Shown one piece after another: positions 1-7,463 of a stretch of DNA of 48,303 nucleotides; the first letter of the stretch is position 1, and every line of letters begins with the position of its first letter. This stretch comes from Patescibacteria group bacterium (GTDB lineage: Bacteria; Patescibacteriota; Patescibacteriia; JACRDY01). The DNA is taken from positions 73,271 to 121,573 of the forward strand of contig JBAZFH010000004.1 of the NCBI GenBank assembly GCA_041653535.1, written 5' to 3'. The notes under the pieces were generated by a model, which was not told the DNA's origin, made no database searches, and worked only from the letters and a program-made list of their open reading frames with translations. The translations under genes were made by a program, and so were the position numbers.

Positions 1-46
1 CTTTTTGCTCCAAATTAAGATTTTTAGTTATTTCTTTGGTTTCCAT
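1..46 (-). CDS. 5' end of an unidentified CDS running off the left edge (partial)
   Basis: ATG at 46..44 followed by an open frame to position 1 (METKEITKNLNLEQK...). Only 15 codons are visible, so no function can be assigned. Confidence 0.2.
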   Translation of the reverse strand, partial: METKEITKNLNLEQK

Positions 47-97
47 ACTGCCAATATTTTAGCACAGTCTTGGCTATTTTTCATAGTCTAAACACTG

Positions 98-126
98 TTG
101 ACTTTTTAAAGTGAAAGACGTATAAC
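98..126 (+). promoter_or_regulatory. candidate sigma70-type promoter for the 383..2380 operon
   Basis: TTGACT (98..103), 17-nt spacer, TATAAC (121..126). Would give a leader of about 250 nt. Confidence 0.35.
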
Positions 127-382
127 ATATTGAAATAGAACTTTGACAAAACCCCTTAAAATAAGGGATAAAAAAGGAGAATTCAAACATGAGGGGAAAA
201 AAATAAAAACACCAATGATTTTTTTAACGACCCTTCTCTGGTAATTTTAGGTATTTTTGGCGCCCCTTATCTGATCTGGCTGGGTATTTCCGGTATCTAC
301 AACTACTTTCAAGACCACACCGTCGGTCACCTGACAAACGTCAATCCTGGGAAACACTGCTTTAAACGAAGGAGAAAACATC

Positions 383-1144
383 GTGGGTAAAAAAAACAAC
401 AGTTTCTTCAGATTTCTTGCTCATCTCTTTATCATGGCAACAATTCTATCGCTGGCAGTAGGAGCCACGGCTTGTAAAGATAAAAAAATAAAAAAAGACG
501 ACCAGACTGCTCAGCAAAACAGTCTGCGCGACGAATTGAGGAGAAACAAACAAGAAATTGAATCAACTATGACAAAAATCAACCAAGAAATCAATAAGGC
601 CGAAGGTGCTCTCCAATCCTTAAAATCAGCGGCCAAAGAATGCCAGATGGAACTGAATAAAATAAAAAAAGAAGAAGGAATCGAAACTTACCAGCAGGCT
701 GTAAATAGTCAAAAGGCAAACAACAGACTGCAATGCATCGCCGCCAACCAGGGATATATTGATTACATAAACCAATACATCTTTGAGTCCAAAAGTTCCA
801 ACGAAAATTTACTGTCGGTGAAAAGGCAGCTCGACGCTGGCATTACCGCCAGTGAAGTTCTCAACAATGAAGGTAACCTGCAGAACCTCCGCGAAACCTT
901 AAAAGAATTCAGTCAGAGGTACGGGAAAAATCAAGGCAATGAAATAATGCCGAAATTCACCAACCTTCCAGCTGAGGACCTGGAAAAGTTAAAGCAACAA
1001 TCGTGGGAAAAGATTCAGGAACAAACAAAAAATCAGCAACAAATAAATCGCGATGCTGTCACGGGACCGCCACATCTCGTACCCCACGGCTCGGGTAGTT
1101 CCGGACCGCCGATACCGCAGCGGACAGCCGACAGTCTCGAATGA
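383..1144 (+). CDS. putative lipoprotein with coiled-coil region and Pro/Gly-rich C-terminus (function unknown)
   Basis: GTG start 7-8 nt after AGGAG. Signal peptide with lipobox-like LAVGATAC. Long heptad-like K/E/Q-rich segment. TGA stop. Confidence 0.7.
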   Translation: MGKKNNSFFRFLAHLFIMATILSLAVGATACKDKKIKKDDQTAQQNSLRDELRRNKQEIESTMTKINQEINKAEGALQSLKSAAKECQMELNKIKKEEGIETYQQAVNSQKANNRLQCIAANQGYIDYINQYIFESKSSNENLLSVKRQLDAGITASEVLNNEGNLQNLRETLKEFSQRYGKNQGNEIMPKFTNLPAEDLEKLKQQSWEKIQEQTKNQQQINRDAVTGPPHLVPHGSGSSGPPIPQRTADSLE

Positions 1145-1220
1145 AGAAAAAATTTTCCTGACCTGGTCGAAAAACCTGCAGAATAAACGACACGAATAAC
1201 CAAAAAAGCGAGGAACAACA

Positions 1221-2174
1221 ATGAATATTCAATGGGTTAAAACAAATACTGGTTTTGCCATCTCGTTAATCATCGCCTTGATTATCACGGTAATCGGCGC
1301 AAAATTCGGCAGAATCTGGCTATCATCTTTTGGCTTGCTGCTGGCGGCCAGCGGTGTACTGCTCAAAATTATGTACAGCGCCAGTGCCAAACCGGCAAAA
1401 ATCGCCCTGGCGATAATTTCTTTAGCAGCCGCATTAGTCGTTTTTGTCTTTATCGCCGGACTGGACTCGCTGCTTGTCCTAATCACGGTCTATCCATGGA
1501 TCGCCGACAAAATCGTAGGACAGACCAATATGAACGTCTACCTTGCCAATGCTATTGCTGTTGTCATGGCCGTAGTAGTGCTCTACGGAATGCATATCAC
1601 CCGCAAAAATCGCCCGGCAGGAATAGCGATTTTAGCCGTCGTCATGATCAGTTATTACGTCATGCTTTTTATCATGGCGGTCGAGCCAAACTTTGACCAA
1701 AACGGCAAAGCGGTAAAATGTTACGCCCAAATACCCGGGGGCGATATCGAATACGTCAACTGCAAGTACAAAGTCCATCCGGTTTACGCCACACTGGTGA
1801 AACCGGTGACGACAGCGGTCGCCCTACCGGAACGGGCGACAAAAATCATCCCTTATGCCGAGATCCAACTGTTTGATCCGCGAACCGGCGAGGCAATGTA
1901 CTGGTTCAGCCAAGACCAAAACGGACGTTTTGAACTTTACAACCGTCCGGGATTTCACTCTCAAACCGGACAAATGCTGCAACCGGTCAGTAAAGCGGCG
2001 GCGGATCTGATCGTTCGTAATTTGCAGGAAAAAAATATCAACGCCTTTGCCTTGACGGAGAAAGAAAAAAAGTTATTCAACGACAAAGTAAATGGCGACG
2101 TTATCGCAACCAACGGCGTCAATGGTCTGATCAATTTTATCGACCAACATCAGGAACGCCTGAAACAGGAGTGA
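1221..2174 (+). CDS. polytopic membrane protein with soluble C-terminal domain of about 150 aa (function unknown)
   Basis: ATG preceded by GAGGA. About 5 hydrophobic helices in the first 165 aa, then a hydrophilic domain. No recognisable motif. Confidence 0.75.
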   Translation: MNIQWVKTNTGFAISLIIALIITVIGAKFGRIWLSSFGLLLAASGVLLKIMYSASAKPAKIALAIISLAAALVVFVFIAGLDSLLVLITVYPWIADKIVGQTNMNVYLANAIAVVMAVVVLYGMHITRKNRPAGIAILAVVMISYYVMLFIMAVEPNFDQNGKAVKCYAQIPGGDIEYVNCKYKVHPVYATLVKPVTTAVALPERATKIIPYAEIQLFDPRTGEAMYWFSQDQNGRFELYNRPGFHSQTGQMLQPVSKAAADLIVRNLQEKNINAFALTEKEKKLFNDKVNGDVIATNGVNGLINFIDQHQERLKQE

Positions 2175-2380
2175 ATCAAAAAAAAATGAAAGCTCTGATC
2201 ATCAGTTGTAGTCATTGCCGCCGCGAATTTGCCGCCGATACCAAAACAGCGGTGGCAACAAAAGAAATTATCAAAAAAATAGTTGCGGGTTGCGTTATCA
2301 CCTGCACCTGCCCACACTGTAACAAAAAACAGCGGGCGACAATTTGGTTCGCCAATACCAAAAAGTTGCTGCGCTACTAG
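2171..2380 (+). CDS. small Cys-rich zinc-ribbon-like protein
   Basis: GTGA start/stop overlap with the upstream gene (an alternative ATG lies at 2186). CSHC ... CTCPHC cysteine pairs. Followed by a terminator. Confidence 0.55.
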   Translation: MNQKKMKALIISCSHCRREFAADTKTAVATKEIIKKIVAGCVITCTCPHCNKKQRATIWFANTKKLLRY

Positions 2381-2390
2381 CAAAATATAA

Positions 2391-2423
2391 AACCCACCGA
2401 CTCTCGTCCTGGTGGGTTTTTCT
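2391..2423. terminator. bidirectional rho-independent terminator between the zinc-ribbon gene and lexA
   Basis: AACCCACC (2391..2398) pairs with GGTGGGTT (2411..2418). T-run on the plus strand and T-rich tract on the minus strand. Confidence 0.6.
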
Positions 2424-2433
2424 TTATATAAAG

Positions 2434-3054
2434 TTACACCGTTTTATAATTTCTTATTACCGCCCTGACCACGCCCTGAATCAACGGATCTTTGACGTAA
2501 ATCGGGTCCATGTCTTTGTTGGCCGGTTGCAGACGAATCCTGCCGACTTCCCGATAAAATCTTTTTAGTGTGGCATAGGCGTTATCAAGCAGCGCTACTA
2601 CTGTGTCACCGTTGTTAGGGCTAGGATTGCGCTCTACCACTACGTAGTCGCCGTCCAAGATCCCGTCTTCGATCATACTGCTGCCTTTTACCTGCAAGAC
2701 ATAAGAATTTTCTTTATGAAGTACTAAATTTGCCGGAATGGCTATCGGCTCGGGATTAGCTATCGCTTCTATCGGTTCACCGGCAGCAATCAGACCCATC
2801 AAAGGTAAATTAACTATCTCGGTAATATTTATATCATCGCTTTCCACCGAAATCAGCTCTATCGACCTGGCCTCATTAGTCGAACGACGCAGCAAGCCCT
2901 TTTTCTCCAACGCCTCAATATGCTGGGCAACCGTTGCTACTGAAGAAAGCTTAAAATGACTGGCAATTTCACGAAAGCTAGGAGAGTAACTATGGGCAAT
3001 AATAAAATCACGGATGTATTCGATTATTTCTTGTTGTTTTTTGGTGAGACCCAT
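2434..3054 (-). CDS. lexA: LexA repressor (S24 peptidase)
   Basis: N-terminal LexA winged helix (SFREIASHFKLSSVATVAQHIEALEKKGLL). Ala-Gly cleavage site (LIAAGEPI). Catalytic Ser (KGSSM) and Lys (TLKRF). Confidence 0.9.
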   Translation of the reverse strand: MGLTKKQQEIIEYIRDFIIAHSYSPSFREIASHFKLSSVATVAQHIEALEKKGLLRRSTNEARSIELISVESDDINITEIVNLPLMGLIAAGEPIEAIANPEPIAIPANLVLHKENSYVLQVKGSSMIEDGILDGDYVVVERNPSPNNGDTVVALLDNAYATLKRFYREVGRIRLQPANKDMDPIYVKDPLIQGVVRAVIRNYKTV

Positions 3055-3062
3055 ATTGGTAG

Positions 3063-3090
3063 ATGGTAGTTAGTAGTTGGGGGTTAGGGA
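3063..3090 (-). repeat. CTA-rich, G-poor leader segment abutting the lexA ATG (member of the dispersed CTAAC repeat family)
   Basis: Minus-strand reading: CCCTAACCCCCAACTACTAACTACCATCTACCAAT-ATG. No Shine-Dalgarno sequence. Confidence 0.4.
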
Positions 3091-3196
3091 CAGAATCAAC
3101 TTTTGATTTTTAGCGGCTAGCTTTTTTTAAATCGTCTTCGCTCGTGCCAAGACAAATTAGTGGGCCTAATTATTTATTATTTGCTAACCGCCAATC

Positions 3197-3209
3197 ATCA
3201 CCCGGTGAT
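3197..3209. promoter_or_regulatory. 13-bp perfect palindrome ATCACC-C-GGTGAT just downstream of the lexA -10 box
   Basis: Read directly. Starts 11 nt downstream of the lexA -10 box, i.e. at about the predicted TSS. The same ATCACCnGGTGAT core recurs at 39148..39164. Confidence 0.3.
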
Positions 3210-3219
3210 TCATACTTCT

Positions 3220-3247
3220 ATTATACCGAACAAAAACCGAACGTCAA
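3220..3247 (-). promoter_or_regulatory. lexA promoter
   Basis: Minus strand: TTGACG (3247..3242), 16-nt spacer, TATAAT (3225..3220). Confidence 0.6.
3228..3242 (-). promoter_or_regulatory. candidate SOS box, direct repeat GTTC-N7-GTTC inside the lexA promoter spacer
   Basis: Minus strand: TTGAC-GTTC-GGTTTTT-GTTC-GG-TATAAT. Matches the direct-repeat LexA box architecture known from Alphaproteobacteria. Confidence 0.45.
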
Positions 3248-3300
3248 GAATACTTATCCACAACAAAAAATCACCCTTTATTTACTATTTCTTTTTACTA

Positions 3301-3329
3301 TTGACAAAAATATTCTAAAATGCTATTAT
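3301..3329 (+). promoter_or_regulatory. near-consensus promoter for the 3397..4251 gene
   Basis: TTGACA (3301..3306), 17-nt spacer, TGc-TATTAT (3321..3329, extended -10). Confidence 0.6.
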
Positions 3330-3396
3330 ATAAAGATTTGAAAATTGACAACCAATATTTTTTTTCAGAACTTTCAGAACTAAGGAGGTAAAGAGA

Positions 3397-4251
3397 ATGG
3401 TCGCGATCACAACAATCACCGCCACCCCGGGCACGATCACCGTGCCGGTCGCCAAAAAAACCAACGACATGATCGTTGTCGTCTTCCAAAAGGACGGCGA
3501 CAACATCATGGGCAAAATCCAGAAAGACAAAAAAAGACGAAACAAAATCGTCTTCGTGAACGGCTATCACCGTCACGTCGAATCGATCAAAGCTGGCAAA
3601 AAAAACGTTTTGTGGACATCACCCCTGCCTGACGACGGCGAACGGTGGCTCGTGGACGTTGTCCACGACAACAAACCCAAAGACCCGGAGCGCGGCGCCC
3701 TATTCGTGCGGCTGCAAAAAAACCTGACCGCCGAAGAGAAGGCGGTCCAGCGCGCCGAGGAAATGCGCCTGGCGCCGATCGTGGCACTCGGGTTCAAAGT
3801 CGAGGAAGCGCAGGTGATCGAAAAAATCGCGGCGAAAATCCGCGAACGGAAACTGTTTTCGCAATTCCGCGACTTCGCCAGCGCAAAATCGCTCAACGTG
3901 GGCGTCAACCGTCTCAGCGCCGACGCGCACCGAATGTTCAAGGCGTTGGTTCTGGAGGCAAACAAAATCAGCGAGCGTCCGGAAATGTGGGGCATTACCC
4001 ACAAAATGTTCGAAGCGGCGGTCATGTGGCTCGGTCTCGAGTCGACCGACGCCGCTTTCATCCCCCAGGGTAAGCGCTGGTACGTTTGCATCTGCGGCAC
4101 GGCAACCCGTGCCCGCAAAGGCGCGAACGAAGTCCAGTGCGACGCCTGCGGTCGACGGGCGGTGCTCGACGAAGCCAAAGATGTCGAGCAAAAAAAGGTG
4201 GCTTTGGTCGAAATGGCCGCCGCCATGCAGCAAAAGTGGAACGGCAAATAG
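3397..4251 (+). CDS. GC-rich orphan protein with C-terminal CxC...CxxC zinc ribbon (function unknown, probably horizontally acquired)
   Basis: ATG 8 nt after AAGGAGG, with its own promoter and terminator. Third codon positions are mostly G/C, unlike all neighbours. Stop-poor on all six frames. C-terminal motif VCICGT...CDACG. Confidence 0.8.
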   Translation: MVAITTITATPGTITVPVAKKTNDMIVVVFQKDGDNIMGKIQKDKKRRNKIVFVNGYHRHVESIKAGKKNVLWTSPLPDDGERWLVDVVHDNKPKDPERGALFVRLQKNLTAEEKAVQRAEEMRLAPIVALGFKVEEAQVIEKIAAKIRERKLFSQFRDFASAKSLNVGVNRLSADAHRMFKALVLEANKISERPEMWGITHKMFEAAVMWLGLESTDAAFIPQGKRWYVCICGTATRARKGANEVQCDACGRRAVLDEAKDVEQKKVALVEMAAAMQQKWNGK

Positions 4252-4276
4252 CGTCGCTGTCGACAAATTATTCATC

Positions 4277-4309
4277 AAGCGGATTCGAAAGGATCCGCTT
4301 TTCTTTTTG
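4277..4309 (+). terminator. rho-independent terminator of the 3397..4251 gene
   Basis: AAGCGGAT / ATCCGCTT stem followed by TTCTTTTT. Confidence 0.6.
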
Positions 4310-4312
4310 CAT

Positions 4313-4341
4313 AAAAAAACCGGCGAGATAACTCCCGCCGG
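4313..4341 (-). terminator. rho-independent terminator of the beta-CASP gene
   Basis: CCGGCG / CGCCGG stem. A T7 run follows on the minus strand (A7 at 4313..4319 on plus). Confidence 0.55.
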
Positions 4342-4350
4342 ATTTGATTG

Positions 4351-5892
4351 TTATAAAATTTTGGTTATATCCTCCTTTTCTTCGGGAACGATAATTCGTC
4401 TGCCAATATCACGAAAACGACTTGATTGATCCGCGATAAGCAAACGACGCAAGGCTTGCGCGTTTTCCGCCTCGCCATGAAGCAGCATAACCCGGTTTTT
4501 TTCATCAATATGCTGCCGCAAAAAATCCACCATACCGGGTCCGTCTTCGTGAGCCGAGATGCCAAAAAGCGTCAATACATCGGCTCTGATAATTTTTGAC
4601 TGACCGTAAATCCTTAACCGCGTTCCCTTTTGAGACATGGCGATTTTACGACCGCGAGATTCGCGAACGGAAAATCCGGTCAAAATCACCAAATTACGAG
4701 GATCGTCAATGCCATTCGCCAAATGATGAACAATTCGACCGGCATCACACATGCCGGACGCCGCCATGATAATAACCCGCTGCTTAGCGTTCAACTGCTG
4801 CGACTCGGTTTTATCCAGGGTCTGGGTAATGCCGCCGTTGGTCAAAAAATCCGGATACTGCAACTCCCGCAAATAACCGGCAAGTTGAGAGTAAACGTTG
4901 CTGACTTTAATTGCCAACGGACTGTCCAGATAAATAGGCATCTGCGGTATTACCCCTTCTTCACGCAGCGTATAGAGCATGTAAAGCAGCTCCTGAGTAC
5001 GCTCCAGAGAAAAAGCGGCGATCAGCACCTTGCCGTCACGATCGTGTGTTTGACGAATTTTTTCGATCATTTCTTGTTTTGAGACTTCAAACGACAGGTG
5101 GCGGTCCGCTCCATAAGTCGACTCGGTAACCACCAGATCAGGAAATCTTTCGTCCGACGGCAAGCCCAAGAAATCTTGTCTCGGATAAAGAATCATGTTC
5201 TTTTTCCGTCCGACATCGCCAGTAAACAAGATTGAACGCTTACGACTTCCTTCGCGCCAACGGATAAGAAAAGCCACTGACCCAAGAATATGACCAGTAG
5301 GCAGAAGCTTCAACTCCATGTCGTCGGCCATGCCTTTTAACGGTTTCCACTCATTTGGCGGTCGATCAACCAGTCTCTCTGTCAGCCATTCCACGTCCTG
5401 TTCAGAATAAAGAGGATAAATGGCCTCCGACATGCCTCCGCCCTTGGAATTTTGACGATCGTGCCGCGGCTTGTCTTTTTTGCCTTTACCTCTTAGGTCT
5501 TGGTCTCCGGTCTGTCGGCGAGCCTGATCTAGTTTGCGCCGATGTTTTTCCAGCCACAACGCTTCTTGTTTGGCAATACGGGCTGAATCGATCAACATCA
5601 AGGGCAACAATTCCCGAGTCGGAGAAGAAACAATCACTTGACCATGAAATCCCCTCTTTCGCAGTAGCGGCAAAAGACCGCTGTGGTCGATGTGTGAATG
5701 GGTTACCAACACGTACCTCAAATTCACCTGCAAACGAGCCAGTTGATGAACCAAAGAACTGTTGTGGGTATATGCTTTAGCAACATTACCCTGTTGCGAC
5801 CCCATATCAACCAGTATGCCGCTGCCAGCATGAACCAACAGCGTACAAGAACCAGTTACCTGACCAACCGCGCCTAGCGGGATAACATCCAC
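4351..5892 (-). CDS. metallo-beta-lactamase fold / beta-CASP-type ribonuclease-like protein
   Basis: HSHIDHSG (HxHxDH) motif with the overall MBL plus beta-CASP layout. GTG start 6 nt after AAGGGGG. Contains a basic K/R-rich insert. Confidence 0.75.
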   Translation of the reverse strand: MDVIPLGAVGQVTGSCTLLVHAGSGILVDMGSQQGNVAKAYTHNSSLVHQLARLQVNLRYVLVTHSHIDHSGLLPLLRKRGFHGQVIVSSPTRELLPLMLIDSARIAKQEALWLEKHRRKLDQARRQTGDQDLRGKGKKDKPRHDRQNSKGGGMSEAIYPLYSEQDVEWLTERLVDRPPNEWKPLKGMADDMELKLLPTGHILGSVAFLIRWREGSRKRSILFTGDVGRKKNMILYPRQDFLGLPSDERFPDLVVTESTYGADRHLSFEVSKQEMIEKIRQTHDRDGKVLIAAFSLERTQELLYMLYTLREEGVIPQMPIYLDSPLAIKVSNVYSQLAGYLRELQYPDFLTNGGITQTLDKTESQQLNAKQRVIIMAASGMCDAGRIVHHLANGIDDPRNLVILTGFSVRESRGRKIAMSQKGTRLRIYGQSKIIRADVLTLFGISAHEDGPGMVDFLRQHIDEKNRVMLLHGEAENAQALRRLLIADQSSRFRDIGRRIIVPEEKEDITKIL

Positions 5893-6035
5893 GACTACCC
5901 CCTTCTACGCATTTATTTTCTGCGTCAGTTATTAGCACTTTATTTGTAAAAGGTCATTAAAGTACTTTAGATAATTTTTCATAAAAAAGCAACCGCAAAA
6001 AACGGCAGTTTTCCCCGTCAAAAAAATTACTGTTT

Positions 6036-6575
6036 TTACAATTTGTATATGATAATCGACACTCCATCCGGAGATTGACGATCAATACTGGTCGGCGTCC
6101 AGCCTGGAATAGCAAAGGCGTAAGAAATCACCCTGGTTCCGGGTTTTAATTCTTTTCGTAATTTTTCCGGGAGCTCATTATTTTCTAAATTAGTAGGAAT
6201 TCCAAAAAAATACACTACTGTCGCTTCGGATAAATCCACGTGAAAAAAATTATCTCGCCGGAAAAACAAATTTTCGCTAGGGTGAAATATTTGCCTGATC
6301 CGACAAATCAAATACATAAATAAGGAAACTTCGATACCGACGGTTTTAATACCAAATCTCTTATTCACTTCAAAGACCAGTGCTCCAGCACCACAGCCAA
6401 GATCGTAAAAAACGTCACAATCTTTGAACTCCGCTAAAGCAAAAATCCGCTGCCAATCTTTTTTGTCAGTTGGTATCCAGGGTGAGAATCTTTTATAAGA
6501 AATCAAAAAAGTAATAATAAACGCCAAAACTATCAATACTATTATCAAATCGATTGTTTCAAAATTTATATTCAT
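6036..6575 (-). CDS. class I SAM-dependent methyltransferase with N-terminal membrane anchor
   Basis: N-terminal hydrophobic helix. Motif I is DLGCGAGALV. Confidence 0.7.
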   Translation of the reverse strand: MNINFETIDLIIVLIVLAFIITFLISYKRFSPWIPTDKKDWQRIFALAEFKDCDVFYDLGCGAGALVFEVNKRFGIKTVGIEVSLFMYLICRIRQIFHPSENLFFRRDNFFHVDLSEATVVYFFGIPTNLENNELPEKLRKELKPGTRVISYAFAIPGWTPTSIDRQSPDGVSIIIYKL

Positions 6576-6637
6576 GCGCTTATTATATCTTGCGGGTAAA
6601 TATCTGACAACTCAGCGCTTCTCATAAATCCGTGCTA

Positions 6638-6666
6638 TTGACAATATTATCCCAAAATCATAAGGT
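6638..6666 (+). promoter_or_regulatory. candidate promoter for the 6785..7375 gene
   Basis: TTGACA (6638..6643), 17-nt spacer, weak TAAGGT (6661..6666). Followed by a GC-rich leader of about 110 nt. Confidence 0.3.
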
Positions 6667-6784
6667 ATAGTATTCTCAGGCGTCAATCTTGGAGGTTTGC
6701 CAAGCGCAGGCTGACAAGATTAACGAGCGTTCATTGAAACCGCCAGCCTAACGGACTGGCACTATCACGAAAGGAGTGGCCAAG

Positions 6785-7375
6785 ATGCCACAATTTCTTC
6801 TTCCGGAAACGGAAAAATTGTACGAAAAATTCTGCGGTCAAGGTAAAAAACTTGCAGAAAAAATTCAGCACCAACATGAAAAAAAGGCGCAGGAACTCCG
6901 CAAACAAGTAAAAACCTCTCGAGACGATCTGGCAGCAAAAATTTGCGATGCGAAAACCGAAGCAAAAAAAGAATTACTGCGTCGGCAAGAACAAAAAATC
7001 TTGGAATTGGAAAAAAAGGCAGCTGTCCTCTCTGACAAAGAATTTTGGTTCGCTGCCACTCAGTATATGTTGCCAGAAGAGTTCGACCTTGAAAACAGCA
7101 CTGATTACAAACGATACCCCACGATCGCTGATTGGGCTGAAAGCAAAGCACGACGGGTCGAACAAAATAAAATCCTTACCAAAGGAAGTATTATCCAACA
7201 AACATTTGGTACCATGCCTCGCTATTTAATCGAATACCCCGGCGGGAAAGGCTTTTTCATCTGCGCGGTGCTCGACGAAATCGGTAAAAAAACCGAAGTC
7301 ATTTGGATGACCGACTCGGTCAAACAGATGAATGACGATGAGTTACGCTTAGTAGACTTTTCTCTCAGCCAATAA
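6785..7375 (+). CDS. hypothetical protein (N-terminal charged coiled coil, C-terminal globular domain)
   Basis: ATG at 6785 lies 8 nt after AAGGAG. The ORF-track GTG at 6776 overlaps the SD and was rejected. Own terminator. Confidence 0.75.
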   Translation: MPQFLLPETEKLYEKFCGQGKKLAEKIQHQHEKKAQELRKQVKTSRDDLAAKICDAKTEAKKELLRRQEQKILELEKKAAVLSDKEFWFAATQYMLPEEFDLENSTDYKRYPTIADWAESKARRVEQNKILTKGSIIQQTFGTMPRYLIEYPGGKGFFICAVLDEIGKKTEVIWMTDSVKQMNDDELRLVDFSLSQ

Positions 7376-7385
7376 ACATTAACAA

Positions 7386-7418
7386 ATCGGGCGCTAAATG
7401 CAGTGCCCGATTTTTTTA
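7386..7418 (+). terminator. rho-independent terminator
   Basis: ATCGGGC / GCCCGAT stem followed by T7. Confidence 0.7.
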
Positions 7419-7422
7419 TTGT

Positions 7423-7452
7423 AAAAAAATCGTCCTTATTTCTAAGGACGAT
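7423..7452 (-). terminator. rho-independent terminator of the 7464..7883 gene
   Basis: Perfect 10-bp stem ATCGTCCTTA / TAAGGACGAT with loop TTTC. T-run on the minus strand. Confidence 0.75.
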
Positions 7453-7463
7453 TGTTAGAGATT

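Noticed and set aside
193-390. Open frame encoding a hydrophobic peptide (..VILGIFGAPYLIWLGISGIYNYF..) upstream of the lipoprotein gene
   Set aside because: There is no ATG, GTG or TTG with a ribosome-binding site in the frame. The only candidate start is a CTG.
1033-2568. Antisense or alternative-frame ORFs 1033..1221 -, 1229..1486 -, 1496..1696 +, 2150..2383 -, 2344..2568 +
   Set aside because: They overlap better-supported genes (lipoprotein, membrane protein, zinc ribbon, lexA). They lack start signals and have low-complexity products.
3365-3382. TCAGAACTT-TCAGAACTA (GAAC-N5-GAAC) read as a second LexA box
   Set aside because: The half-site spacing differs from the GTTC-N7-GTTC in the lexA promoter, so binding by the same dimer geometry is doubtful. 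It is mentioned only as a feature of the orphan gene's 5' UTR.
3573-4429. Six additional long ORFs on both strands (3573..4247 -, 3700..4278 -, 3587..3787 -, 3645..4073 +, 4086..4331 +, 4109..4429 +) overlapping the 3397..4251 gene
   Set aside because: These are stop-codon-poor shadows of a GC-rich segment. Their products are low-complexity and Arg/Ala/Gly/Pro-rich. Only the 3397..4251 frame has a promoter, an AAGGAGG site at correct spacing and a downstream terminator in the right orientation.
6667-6784. Assignment of the structured leader to a known riboswitch class (c-di-GMP-I/II, ZTP, preQ1, purine)
   Set aside because: The conserved cores of these classes as I remember them (for example ACGCAAAGC for GEMM-I, GACUGGCG...CCGCCUGGG for ZTP) are not present in the correct arrangement. 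CCGCCAGCC/GGACTGGC simply pair with each other as a hairpin.
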